From the NCBI GenBank assembly GCA_963822965.1, contig CAWGJT010000005.1:736001-800000 (forward strand): DNA of 64,000 nt, in the 5' to 3' direction. Origin of the DNA: an uncultured delta proteobacterium. GTDB lineage: Bacteria; Myxococcota_A; UBA9160; UBA4427. The notes beneath the pieces were generated by a model that saw nothing but the letters and a program-made list of their open reading frames with translations, searched no databases and had not been told where the DNA came from. Position 1 is the first letter of the stretch. Every line of letters starts with the position of its first letter. Both the position numbers and the translations under genes were made by a program. Positions 8,411 through 17,538 of the stretch are shown in pieces.

Positions 8411-9361
8411 ATGTCCCATCCCTTCCGTTTCGGCGTGCAGGTCGGAGAGCTCCCCGCAGACCGCTGGCAGGACGCCGTCCGCCGCATCGAGTCCCAGGGC
8501 TATTCGACGATCTTCCTACCCGACCACTTCAGCAAGCAGTGGGATCCCACGACGGCGCTGGCGGGCATCGCGACGGCCACCGAGACGCTGCGCGTCGGAT
8601 CGCTCGTCTACGACGTGGACTACCGCCACCCGGTGATCTTCGCCAAGGCGGCGGCCACCCTGCATCTGATGTCGGGCGGCCGGCACGAGTTCGGAATCGG
8701 TGCAGGATGGATGGAGACGGACTACGTGGAGGCGGGGCTCCCCTACGATCCGCCGGGCGTCCGCATCTCGCGCCTCGAGGAGGCGCTCCAGATCATCCTG
8801 TCCATGTGGGAGAGCAAGCGGACGAGCTTCGAAGGCGAGTACTACACGATCCGGGAGATCGCCCAGGCCGCGAACCTCGGCGACGCCGGGCGACCGTCGA
8901 TCCTGATCGGCGGCGGCGGCAAGCGGCTCCTGGGCCTGGCGGGGCGCTACGCGGACATCGTCGGCATCAACCCGAAGCTCGTGGAGGGTCGGGTCACCGC
9001 GGACACGCCGGCGGACAGCGCGCCGGAGCGGGTGCGCGAGAAGATCCGCTGGGTGCGGGAAGGCGCCGAGAAGGCGGGGCGCGACCCCGATGCGATCGAG
9101 CTCAACTCGCTCACCTTCGTCACCGCCATCACGGACGATCCGGGTCGCCTGCGCGAGTCCCTGGCCAAGGGCAGCGGAATGACCGTGGAGCAGGTGGCGG
9201 ATTGTCCGCTCTTCCTGACCGGCTCCGCGAGCGAGATCCGCGACCGGCTCCAGCGGCGGCGCGAGGAGACCGGGATCAGCTACATCGTGATCCAGGGCGG
9301 GGACGACGGACTGCTCGAGAGCTTCGCGAAGGAAATCGTGCAGCCCCTCGCGGGGTCGTAG
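8411..9361 (+). CDS. LLM-class (probably F420-dependent) oxidoreductase
   Basis: HPFRFGVQ, FLPDHF, RHP...AKAAATL..MSGGR.EFGIGAGW, ILIGGGG, ADIVGI. Confidence 0.92.
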   Translation: MSHPFRFGVQVGELPADRWQDAVRRIESQGYSTIFLPDHFSKQWDPTTALAGIATATETLRVGSLVYDVDYRHPVIFAKAAATLHLMSGGRHEFGIGAGWMETDYVEAGLPYDPPGVRISRLEEALQIILSMWESKRTSFEGEYYTIREIAQAANLGDAGRPSILIGGGGKRLLGLAGRYADIVGINPKLVEGRVTADTPADSAPERVREKIRWVREGAEKAGRDPDAIELNSLTFVTAITDDPGRLRESLAKGSGMTVEQVADCPLFLTGSASEIRDRLQRRREETGISYIVIQGGDDGLLESFAKEIVQPLAGS

Positions 9362-9420
9362 ACGGGGCGCAGGAGGGGCCGGCTGGCTCGGGCAGTCGGA
9401 CCGCGATCGCGGAGGACGCC

Positions 9421-11622
9421 ATCCCGAAATCGTCGACGATCGCCGGCGCCCTGTCCCTGCTCGCACTCACCGCCATCTTCTGGACGCTTCACGTGGCCAG
9501 CGGCGGCACCGAGCTGGCCGCGGCCGGCGACACGCTCCTCTACTACTACCCGCAGTACGAGTCGGCCGGTGCGGCCCTGCGCACGGGGCAGCTGCCTCTC
9601 TGGAATCCCTACCAGCTGTGCGGACATCCCTGGCTCGCCACGCTCCAGGGCGGGATCCTCTACCCGTTCCACGCGATCTACGCGTTCGTCCCCACGTGGG
9701 CGGGCATGGCCCTCTCGAGCCTCGTCCACCTGGCGATCGTGGCGCTGTCCACCGCCATCCTGGCGCGGCGCCTCGGGCTCTCGAGCTGGGCGGCGCTGCT
9801 GGCCGGGGCGCTCTTCTGCATGCAGGGCAGTCTGCCCGCGCAGACGAGCGTGCCGAACCTGCTCGAGGCCGCCACCTGGCTCTCCCCCGGCGCCGTGGCG
9901 GTGACGACGATCGTCGCCGGGCGACGGGCGCGAGGCGTGGCGCTCCTCGCCTTCTGTCTCGGCGCGAGCCTGCTCGCAGGCTACCCGCAGTACACCGTCT
10001 ACGCCTGCTACACGTGGGCGGCCCTGCTGGCGGTGCTGCTCTTCGCCGAGCGGCGTCCGCCGCGCGCATGGCTCGCGCCGGTGGGTTGCCTCGTTCTCGC
10101 CGTCGCCCTCGGCGCCCTCGTCGCGAGCCCGCAGCTGCTGGCGTCCCTCGAGCTGAGGCGCCTCTCCACGCGCTCGCTCGATCCCTCGAGTCTGGCGGCC
10201 ATGTTTCCCATGGGATGGCCGGAGAAATCCGTCACGGCGTCGTTGCGGGTGCTCTTCGTGCCCCACGACGCCCACCTCCGCTTGCCGGCCGGGCTCACGG
10301 GCCTGCTGCTCCTCCCCGTCGCGCTCTTCCATCGCCGGCGGCGGCTGGTACTCGGTCTCTTCGCCCTCGGCCTCGTTGTCCTCGGCATGGCGATCGGTCC
10401 CGCCTCCCCCCTCTTCGACCTCTACCGCCTGCTGCCCGGTACCGGCGCCTTCCGCCTGCCGACCCTCCGGCTGCTGCTCGTCGTGGGCTTCTTCTTCTCG
10501 CTGCTCGCGGGCTTCGGACTCGACGAGCTGCTGCGACGCCTGCGCGGGTACGGGGGCGAGGGGCTCTCCGAGGCGATCGGCGCGCTGATGCTGGGGCTGG
10601 CCGTCCTCGAGCCGCTGCTCGACGATACGCCGCGCGCCATGCTTCCCTATACGGGCATCGGATACGAAGCGATCTACGAGCAGGACCAGGAGCTCTACGA
10701 TCGGATCTCGGACGAGCAGAGCCGGGTGCTCTTCTGGAATCCCGGCGTGAGCCCGCCGCTCCCGCCGAAGCTGGGCTCGGTGTTCGGCATGCAGGTCTTC
10801 GACGACTACGAGCCGATGAGCCTCCAGCGCCAGGCCCTGTACCTCGGCTACCTGGCCGACGGTCGGGTGGAATCCGGCGAAGCCCCCCCCTTCTTCGGCC
10901 GTCTCGCCTTCCCGCGAAGCCTCGCTGGCGCGGAAGCGATGGCTTCGCGGCGCCGACTCCTCGACCTCGCCGCCGTCCGCTTCCTGGTGGGAACCAACCG
11001 CCAGCGCCACGACGTGGTCCTGCGCGCCTTCGCGGAGAAGGCCGACCTGGTGCGCCAGCCTCCGGACGAGCGAGTGTGGGAGACGGGGCCCGTCCTCTAC
11101 ACGAACCCCCACGCGCTGCCCCGGACCTACGTCACGTATCGCACCCGGGTCGCGCCTCCCGCAGACGAGCTACTGGCTCGCCTCGCGGCCCCCGACTTCG
11201 ACCCGCTCGCCGCGAGCTACGTGGAGGGGCCGGAGATCGGCGCCGGGCTCGCCGATCCCCCGCACGGCCATCCGGTGCCCGTCGAGCGGAGCTCCGCCCG
11301 GGAGGTCGAGATCCGTGCCGACCTGGCCGTCGAGGGTCTGGTCGTGCTCTCCGACTCCTTCTATCCCGGCTGGCATGCCACGGTGGACGGAGAGCCGGCG
11401 GAGATCCTGGCGACCAACCTGCTCTTCCGCGGTGTCGTCGTCCCGTCCGGCTTCCACACGATCGTGTACCACTACGACCCCGAATGGCTTCCGGTGGGCG
11501 GCGTCGCCGCCGCCGCGGGGTTCGCGGCGATCGTCGGGCTGGCCGGACTCGGGCGCACCCGGCGGCCCGATCAGGGCGCTTCTCCGCAGGCTTCGAGGGC
11601 GCGCTCGACCGCGGACGCGTAG
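9421..11622 (+). CDS. YfhO-like polytopic membrane protein (GT-C-type glycosyltransferase-like); start uncertain
   Basis: DTLLYYYP..., GQLPLWNPYQLCGHP, many TM helices, C-terminal LVVLSDSFYPGWHATVDG...FRGVVVPSGFH. No canonical start before TM1; ATC at 9421 follows GGAGG. Confidence 0.8.
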   Translation: MPKSSTIAGALSLLALTAIFWTLHVASGGTELAAAGDTLLYYYPQYESAGAALRTGQLPLWNPYQLCGHPWLATLQGGILYPFHAIYAFVPTWAGMALSSLVHLAIVALSTAILARRLGLSSWAALLAGALFCMQGSLPAQTSVPNLLEAATWLSPGAVAVTTIVAGRRARGVALLAFCLGASLLAGYPQYTVYACYTWAALLAVLLFAERRPPRAWLAPVGCLVLAVALGALVASPQLLASLELRRLSTRSLDPSSLAAMFPMGWPEKSVTASLRVLFVPHDAHLRLPAGLTGLLLLPVALFHRRRRLVLGLFALGLVVLGMAIGPASPLFDLYRLLPGTGAFRLPTLRLLLVVGFFFSLLAGFGLDELLRRLRGYGGEGLSEAIGALMLGLAVLEPLLDDTPRAMLPYTGIGYEAIYEQDQELYDRISDEQSRVLFWNPGVSPPLPPKLGSVFGMQVFDDYEPMSLQRQALYLGYLADGRVESGEAPPFFGRLAFPRSLAGAEAMASRRRLLDLAAVRFLVGTNRQRHDVVLRAFAEKADLVRQPPDERVWETGPVLYTNPHALPRTYVTYRTRVAPPADELLARLAAPDFDPLAASYVEGPEIGAGLADPPHGHPVPVERSSAREVEIRADLAVEGLVVLSDSFYPGWHATVDGEPAEILATNLLFRGVVVPSGFHTIVYHYDPEWLPVGGVAAAAGFAAIVGLAGLGRTRRPDQGASPQASRARSTADA

Positions 11623-12473
11623 CCGCGCCCGAAGAGCACCAGATGGACCAGCAGCGGCAGGAGCTGGTAGAGCGGAACCCTCTCCTCGTGCCCGGGCGAC
11701 AGGGGCCAGGCTTCCTCATAGGCGTCGAAGACACGCTGGGAAAAGCCACCGAAGAGCTTCATCATGGCGAGATCGACCTCGCGATGACCGCCGTAGGCCG
11801 CGGGGTCGATCAGGACGGGCTCCCCGTCTCCGCCGCACAGCCAGTTGCCGCTCCACAGGTCTCCGTGCAGTCGCGACGGAGGCTCGTCGTCGCCGACGCG
11901 TTCGGGAAGCCGTGCGATGAGCCGCCCGATCGAGGCGTCGAGCCCGCTCGCGAGCCGGCCTTCCCGCCGCGCCCGCTCGCGGAGCGGCTGCAGGCGTTCG
12001 GCGCCGTAGAACGCGGCCCAGCTCCGATGGCTGCGATTCGATTGGGGCAGCGAGCCGAGGAAGCCGTCCCGCACGAAGCCGAAGCCGGGAGCGCCGGCGC
12101 GGTGCAGCGCTGCCAGCCCCCGACCGAGCCGTTCCGGGGTGCGCGCATCGGCGTCCGCGGCCTCGACCCACTCGAGCAGCAGGAGCGGGCTCTCCGAGGT
12201 GCCGGGAGCACTCGCTCCCCGCACCCGGGGGACCCGCAGGGCCCCTGCCTCCCCGAGCCAGGACAGTCCCCGAGCCTCGGCGGCGACCATCGCGCTCCCT
12301 TCCGGATGGGCCGCGTAGGACTTGGCGAAGAGGCTCTCGCCGCTGCGAAGCCGGGCCCGCCAGCTCCGCCCGATGTCGCCGCCCGAGAGCCGTTGCAGTG
12401 CCAGCGGGGCCTCCCCGGTGAGGCGCTCGATCTCCTCACGGACCTTCGCGTCATCGATCTCCGAGCGACCCAC
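11571..12473 (-). CDS. Fructosamine kinase family protein
   Basis: LSGGDI, FAK, EARGL, LHGDLWSGN, IDPAAYGGHREVDLAM..LFGGF. Confidence 0.92.
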   Translation of the reverse strand: MGRSEIDDAKVREEIERLTGEAPLALQRLSGGDIGRSWRARLRSGESLFAKSYAAHPEGSAMVAAEARGLSWLGEAGALRVPRVRGASAPGTSESPLLLLEWVEAADADARTPERLGRGLAALHRAGAPGFGFVRDGFLGSLPQSNRSHRSWAAFYGAERLQPLRERARREGRLASGLDASIGRLIARLPERVGDDEPPSRLHGDLWSGNWLCGGDGEPVLIDPAAYGGHREVDLAMMKLFGGFSQRVFDAYEEAWPLSPGHEERVPLYQLLPLLVHLVLFGRGYASAVERALEACGEAP

Positions 12474-12617
12474 CGTCTCTCTCCCCGCGCGGCGCGCCGG
12501 ACCCGAGTCCGGCCCGGGTCTCCGCGCCCATCTCGGATAGAATAGGAGGCAGTCCGCCGGTCGAGCGTCGCGCTGCGCCGGCGCGCCCTTCCGGCCCAAG
12601 CTTCGAACGGAGAGCTC

Positions 12618-13490
12618 GTGAACGCACCCAGCTACGAAGCGCCCCGCTCCCTGCAGGAGATCGTGAGCCTCCTGCAGCAGGCGGACGGATCGGCCCGCAT
12701 CCTGGCGGGAGGTACCGATCTGCTGGCCCAGATGCGAACCGGCCTGGTCTCGCCCGCGCTTCTCGTCGACGTCAAGAAGATTCCCGAGCTCCGGCGCATC
12801 GAGTCCCTGCCCGATGGCGGGTTCCGAGTGGGAGCCGCCGTGTGCGGGGCTGCCCTGGGCGAGCACGCCGCGCTGCGCGCGGCCTGGCCGGGGGTGGTGG
12901 AGGCCGCGCGCCTGATCGGCTCGGCGCAGATCCAGGGACGCGCGTCCCTCGGCGGCAATCTGTGCAACGCCTCGCCGGCCGCCGACAGCGTGCCCGCGCT
13001 CATCGCCGCCGGAGCACGCTGCACCATCGTGGGACCCGCCGGCACCCGGGAGGCCCCGGTGGAGAGCATCGTGACGGGGCCCGGGCACACCTCGCTGGCC
13101 CCGGGCGAGCTCGTGGTGGACTTCCTGCTGGGACCACGTCCGGCGCGGGGAGGAGATGCCTACCTCAGGATGATCCCTCGCAGCGAGATGGACATCGCCG
13201 TGGTCGGCGCGGCGGTGTGCCTGCAGCTCGACGCGTCCGGCGTCTGTCGGGAGGCGCGGGTCGCCCTCGGCGCGGTGGCACCCACGCCGCTCGTCGTCGG
13301 CGAGGCCGCCCGGGCGCTGGTGGGGACGCGCCTGGACGACGACGCCCTGGCGGCCGCCGGAGAAGCGGCCTCGGCCGCGGCGAATCCCATCGACGACAAA
13401 CGCGGCACGGTGACGTACCGCCGCCGGGTGGCGGGCGTGCTCACCCGGCGTGCCGCGAAGATCGCCCTCGAGCGGGCGGGGAGAAGCTGA
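12618..13490 (+). CDS. Xanthine dehydrogenase family FAD-binding subunit (CoxM-like)
   Basis: LAGGTDL, IGSAQIQGRASLGGNLCNASPAAD, PIDDKRGTVTYR. Confidence 0.95.
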   Translation: MNAPSYEAPRSLQEIVSLLQQADGSARILAGGTDLLAQMRTGLVSPALLVDVKKIPELRRIESLPDGGFRVGAAVCGAALGEHAALRAAWPGVVEAARLIGSAQIQGRASLGGNLCNASPAADSVPALIAAGARCTIVGPAGTREAPVESIVTGPGHTSLAPGELVVDFLLGPRPARGGDAYLRMIPRSEMDIAVVGAAVCLQLDASGVCREARVALGAVAPTPLVVGEAARALVGTRLDDDALAAAGEAASAAANPIDDKRGTVTYRRRVAGVLTRRAAKIALERAGRS

Positions 13491-13987
13491 TGGCCCGGCG
13501 CCACGTGTCCACCACCCTGAACGGCGAGCCCGTCGACTTCCTGTGCGAGCCGCATCAGACCCTGCTCGAGGTCCTGCGCGACGAGCTGCAGCTGACCGGC
13601 ACCAAGGAAGGCTGCGGGACCGGCGATTGCGGTGCCTGCAGCGTCATCTTCGACGGGCGTCTCATCTGCTCGTGTCTCGCCCTGGCCGTGGAGGCCGAGG
13701 GCGCACGCGTCGAGACCGTGGAAGGCATCGCGAAGGGGAGCGAGCTCCACCCGCTGCAGCGGCACTTCCTGGAGGAGGCGGCGCTGCAGTGCGGAATCTG
13801 CACGCCGGGCTTCCTGGTCGCGGCCCGGGCGCTGCTCGACGCGAACCCCGATCCGAGCGAGCGCGAGGTGCGCTTCGCCCTGGCCGGCAACCTGTGCCGC
13901 TGCACGGGCTACGACAAGATCATCCGGGCGGTGCTCGACAGCGCCGCCGAGCTGCGCGGCGACTCGGCCGCGGGGAGCACACGATGA
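13490..13987 (+). CDS. Xanthine dehydrogenase family (2Fe-2S) subunit (CoxS-like)
   Basis: GTKEGCGTGDCGAC, QCGICTPG, GNLCRCTGY. TGA/ATG overlap with the upstream gene. Confidence 0.95.
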   Translation: MARRHVSTTLNGEPVDFLCEPHQTLLEVLRDELQLTGTKEGCGTGDCGACSVIFDGRLICSCLALAVEAEGARVETVEGIAKGSELHPLQRHFLEEAALQCGICTPGFLVAARALLDANPDPSEREVRFALAGNLCRCTGYDKIIRAVLDSAAELRGDSAAGSTR

Positions 13988-16296
13988 GTACCGCCGAGAT
14001 CCAGCGCGAGCGGACCGAGGAGCCGGGATCGACCCCGGGCGAGAAGAAGTTCCGATGGATCGGCACCCGGCCCGTGAGGCCCGACGGCCTCGACAAGGTG
14101 CGGGGCCGCGCCAACTACGGGGCGGACCACAGCCTGCCCGGCATGCTCTGGGGTCTGGTGCTTCGCAGCCCCCACGCACACGCCCGCATCGTCTCGATCG
14201 ACACGAGCGCGGCCGAGGCACTCGACGGCGTGCACGCCGTCATCACGGCGGACGACCTGCCCGAGATCCCGTCCGAGGAGGCGAAGATCGGCGAGGGGCC
14301 GACCAACTTCCGCGACGTGTCGCACAACGTGCTGGCGCGCGGAAAGGTGCTGTACCACGGGCACGCCGTGGCGGCCGTCGCGGCCCGCACCCAGGCCATC
14401 GCCCGCCAGGCCCTCGATCTCGTCCGGGTGAGCTACGAGGTGCTGCCCCACGTGCTCGACGGAGACGCCGCCCAGGCCCCGGACGCCCCCATCCTGCACG
14501 ACGACCTCTTCACCCGGGGCGTCGAGCCGACGCCCGAGAAGCCCTCGAACGTGGCCTCGCGCATCCAGATGGGCCGCGGGGACGCCGCGGCGGGCCTGGC
14601 GCGGGCGGACCACGTCGTCGAGCGCACCTTCCGGACGGCGGCCGTCCACCAGGGCTACATCGAGCCGCACGCGGTGGTCGCCACCATGGGCGAAGACGGC
14701 CACGCCACCGTCTGGTGCAGCTCCCAGGGTCACTTCATGGTGCGCGCGTACTGCGCGACGCTGCTGGGCATGGACGCCTCGCGCATACGGGTCATCCCGG
14801 CGGAGATCGGCGGCGGCTTCGGCGGCAAGACGACCGTCTACCTCGAGCCCCTCGCCATCGTCCTCTCCCGCAAGGCGGGACGCCCCGTGAAGCTGGTGAT
14901 GTCGCGCGAGGAGGTCTTCCGCGCGACCGGCCCCGCCTCGGCCACGCGCATCGAGCTGAAGATGGGCTGCACGAAGGACGGTCGCCTGACCGGCGCCGAG
15001 GCCCGCCTGGAGTACGAGGCCGGCGCCTTTCCCGGGTCGCCCGTGGCGGCAGCCTGCATGACGATCTTCGCCCCCTACGACATCGAGGACTGCGTCGCCG
15101 AGGGCTACGACATCGTCGTCAACAAGTGCAAGGTCGCCGCCTATCGCGCGCCGGGCGCGCCCATGGCCGCCTTCGCGGTGGAGACCGTGGTGGACGAGCT
15201 CGCCCGCAAGGTCGGGATGGACCCGATCGACTTCCGGCTCAAGAACGCATCGCGGGAGGGCACGCAGTCGGCCTTCGGTCCGAAGTTCAAGCGCGTCGGT
15301 CACGTGGAGACGCTCGAGGCCGCGAAGGCGCACCCGCACTACAAGGCGCCCCTGGGTCCGGGCCAGGGCCGAGGCGTGGCCAGCGGCTTCTGGTTCAACG
15401 CCGGCATGCAGTCGAGCGCCAGCGTGAACGTCGCCGAGGACGGCACCGTGTGCGTCGTGTCGGGCAACCCCGACATCGGCGGCTCCCGGGCCTCGCTCGG
15501 GATCCTGGCCGCCGAGGAGTTCGGCATCGACCTGTCGCGCGTCGATCCCCAGATCGCCGACACCAACGCCGTCGGCTACAGCGACCTCACCGGCGGCAGC
15601 CGGGTCACCTTCGCGACGGGCATGGCGGTGGTGGAGGCGTCGCGGGACGTCATCCGACAGCTCTGCCAGCGAGCCGCCTCGATCTGGGGCATCGAGCCGG
15701 GCGACGTGGAGTGGTCCGACGGCGCGGCACGTGCGGTGAACGGGCACGCGGACCTGGCGCCCCTCACTCTGCGAGACCTCGCGCTGCAGGCCCCCCGGAC
15801 GGGCGGGCCGATCAGCGGACGCGCCTCGCTCAACGCCCGGGGCGTAGGCATGGCCTTCGGCGTTCACATCTGCGACGTGCAGGTCGACCCCGAGACCGGC
15901 AAGGTGGACGTCGTCCGCTACACGGCGGTCCAGGATGCGGGGCGGGCCGTCCATCCGAGCTACGTCGAGGGACAGATGCAGGGCGGCGCCGCCCAGGGCA
16001 TCGGCTGGGCGCTCAACGAGGAGTACATCTACGACGACGAGGGCCGCATGCAGAACGCGAGCTTCCTCGACTACCGCATTCCGGTGGCGTCGGACCTGCC
16101 CATGATCGACACCGTGATCGTCGAGGTGCCGAACCCGGGCCACCCGTACGGGGTGCGCGGGGTCGGCGAGGTCCCCATCGTGCCGCCGATCCCGGCGGTG
16201 GCGAACGCCATCCACGACGCGACGGGGCTGCGGATGTGCCAGCTTCCCATGTCGCCGCCGCGGGTGCTCGCCGCCCTCGACGCGAAGAACGGCTGA
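13984..16296 (+). CDS. Xanthine dehydrogenase family molybdopterin-binding large subunit
   Basis: LRSPHAHARI, HQGYIEPH, IGGGFGGK, AYRAPG, VEGQMQGG, GVGEVP. ATGA overlap. Confidence 0.95.
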   Translation: MSTAEIQRERTEEPGSTPGEKKFRWIGTRPVRPDGLDKVRGRANYGADHSLPGMLWGLVLRSPHAHARIVSIDTSAAEALDGVHAVITADDLPEIPSEEAKIGEGPTNFRDVSHNVLARGKVLYHGHAVAAVAARTQAIARQALDLVRVSYEVLPHVLDGDAAQAPDAPILHDDLFTRGVEPTPEKPSNVASRIQMGRGDAAAGLARADHVVERTFRTAAVHQGYIEPHAVVATMGEDGHATVWCSSQGHFMVRAYCATLLGMDASRIRVIPAEIGGGFGGKTTVYLEPLAIVLSRKAGRPVKLVMSREEVFRATGPASATRIELKMGCTKDGRLTGAEARLEYEAGAFPGSPVAAACMTIFAPYDIEDCVAEGYDIVVNKCKVAAYRAPGAPMAAFAVETVVDELARKVGMDPIDFRLKNASREGTQSAFGPKFKRVGHVETLEAAKAHPHYKAPLGPGQGRGVASGFWFNAGMQSSASVNVAEDGTVCVVSGNPDIGGSRASLGILAAEEFGIDLSRVDPQIADTNAVGYSDLTGGSRVTFATGMAVVEASRDVIRQLCQRAASIWGIEPGDVEWSDGAARAVNGHADLAPLTLRDLALQAPRTGGPISGRASLNARGVGMAFGVHICDVQVDPETGKVDVVRYTAVQDAGRAVHPSYVEGQMQGGAAQGIGWALNEEYIYDDEGRMQNASFLDYRIPVASDLPMIDTVIVEVPNPGHPYGVRGVGEVPIVPPIPAVANAIHDATGLRMCQLPMSPPRVLAALDAKNG

Positions 16297-16304
16297 AGCG
16301 CCCC

Positions 16305-17360
16305 TTGGCTCGCGTGATCCTGACCGGAGGCCTCCGGGAGGCGGCCCCCGGCGGCGAGATCGACGTCGAGGCGTCGAACGTGCGAGAGCTCCTGCAGCGG
16401 CTCGAGGCGCGCATTCCGGGAATCGGTCGTCAGGTCGAAGAAGGCCTCTCGATCGCCATCGACGGCGACATCGTGTCCGACCCACTGCTCGAGCCCATCG
16501 GCCCGGACAGCGAGATCCACTTCCTGCCGCCGATCCGCGGCGGCGCCGGCGGTGCTGCGACCCCGCAGCCGGCGGCCACCATCATGCTGGTGCGCGAGGC
16601 GCCGGCCGGGCCGGAGGTGCTCATGGTCGAGCGCCACGCGAAGAGCGAGTTCCTCCCCGACCTCTACGTGTTTCCGGGGGGCCGCGTGGAGGACGGCGAC
16701 CATGCGCTCGCGGACCGCGTGGGAGGACTCACCGCCGCGCGCGCGATGGAGCTCGCGAGCACCGTCGAGCCGGCGAACGCCCTGGGCTTCTTCGTCGCGG
16801 CCATCCGCGAGACCTTCGAAGAGGCCGGGGTGCTGCTGGCCCGGCGACGCGGGGAAGAGGACCTGGTGGGGGGCGACCTGGTCGACGAGCTCGCCAGCCG
16901 CCGCCTCGAGCTGCAGGCCGGACGGACGAGCCTGCGCGACCTGGTGCTGGCCTACGACCTCGAGCTGGCCGCCGACCGGCTCTGCGTGCACGGCCACTGG
17001 ATCACCCCGGCCGTCGTCCCGCACCGCTTCGACACCCTCTTCTTCACCGCGGTGGCGCCCGGCGACCAGCGGGCGGAGCACGACGGCGTCGAGTCGACGG
17101 CCCACGTCTGGATCCGCCCGGAAGAGGCCCTGGCCCAGGCGCGACGGAAGCAGAAGCAGATGATCTTCCCCACCCTCGCGAACCTGCAGACCCTCACGGG
17201 CTTCTCCCACGTGGACGACGTGCTCGCGAGCTCGCGCCGGCGGACGGTCGTCCCGATCACGCCGCAGATCGCGGGCGAGGGCGACGAGCGCAGGCTCGTG
17301 ATCCCCGCCGAAGCGGGCTACCCGCTGACCGAGGACAAGCTCGAGCTTCCCGGTCGCTGA
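16305..17360 (+). CDS. MoaD/ThiS-like ubiquitin-fold domain fused to a NUDIX hydrolase
   Basis: ~80-aa beta-grasp domain ending EIHFLPPIRGG, read in frame into PAATIMLVRE...VFPGGRVE...AAIRETFEEAG...HWITP...RFDTLFF. Confidence 0.88.
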   Translation: MARVILTGGLREAAPGGEIDVEASNVRELLQRLEARIPGIGRQVEEGLSIAIDGDIVSDPLLEPIGPDSEIHFLPPIRGGAGGAATPQPAATIMLVREAPAGPEVLMVERHAKSEFLPDLYVFPGGRVEDGDHALADRVGGLTAARAMELASTVEPANALGFFVAAIRETFEEAGVLLARRRGEEDLVGGDLVDELASRRLELQAGRTSLRDLVLAYDLELAADRLCVHGHWITPAVVPHRFDTLFFTAVAPGDQRAEHDGVESTAHVWIRPEEALAQARRKQKQMIFPTLANLQTLTGFSHVDDVLASSRRRTVVPITPQIAGEGDERRLVIPAEAGYPLTEDKLELPGR

Positions 17361-17466
17361 CCCGAACGGGCGCCGGTCTGCTCGTGCGCCGGGCAGCGCG
17401 CTGCCGGAATCGGCGCGCCGTGCGCCTCCGGCGCTCCAGCTGGGCCTTCTACCGCACGGAACCGGC

Positions 17467-17482
17467 TGGCACGTCTCTTGCT
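17467..17482 (+). promoter_or_regulatory. Sigma54 (-24/-12) promoter upstream of WS/DGAT
   Basis: TGGCAC-GTCTC-TTGCT with exact GG-N10-GC spacing, ~57 nt before the ATG. Confidence 0.75.
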
Positions 17483-17538
17483 CTCACAGCGTGCAACCCC
17501 CCGCGCGCCCGTCCCCCCGGCGGGCTGGAGGCCATGCC

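Noticed and set aside
11571..11622. 3'-3' overlap of convergent genes (also 50731-50741)
   Set aside because: Short convergent overlaps are common in compact GC-rich genomes; no further signal.
12618..16296. Aerobic CO dehydrogenase (coxMSL)
   Set aside because: Lacks the AYxCSFR motif with the Cu-binding Cys.
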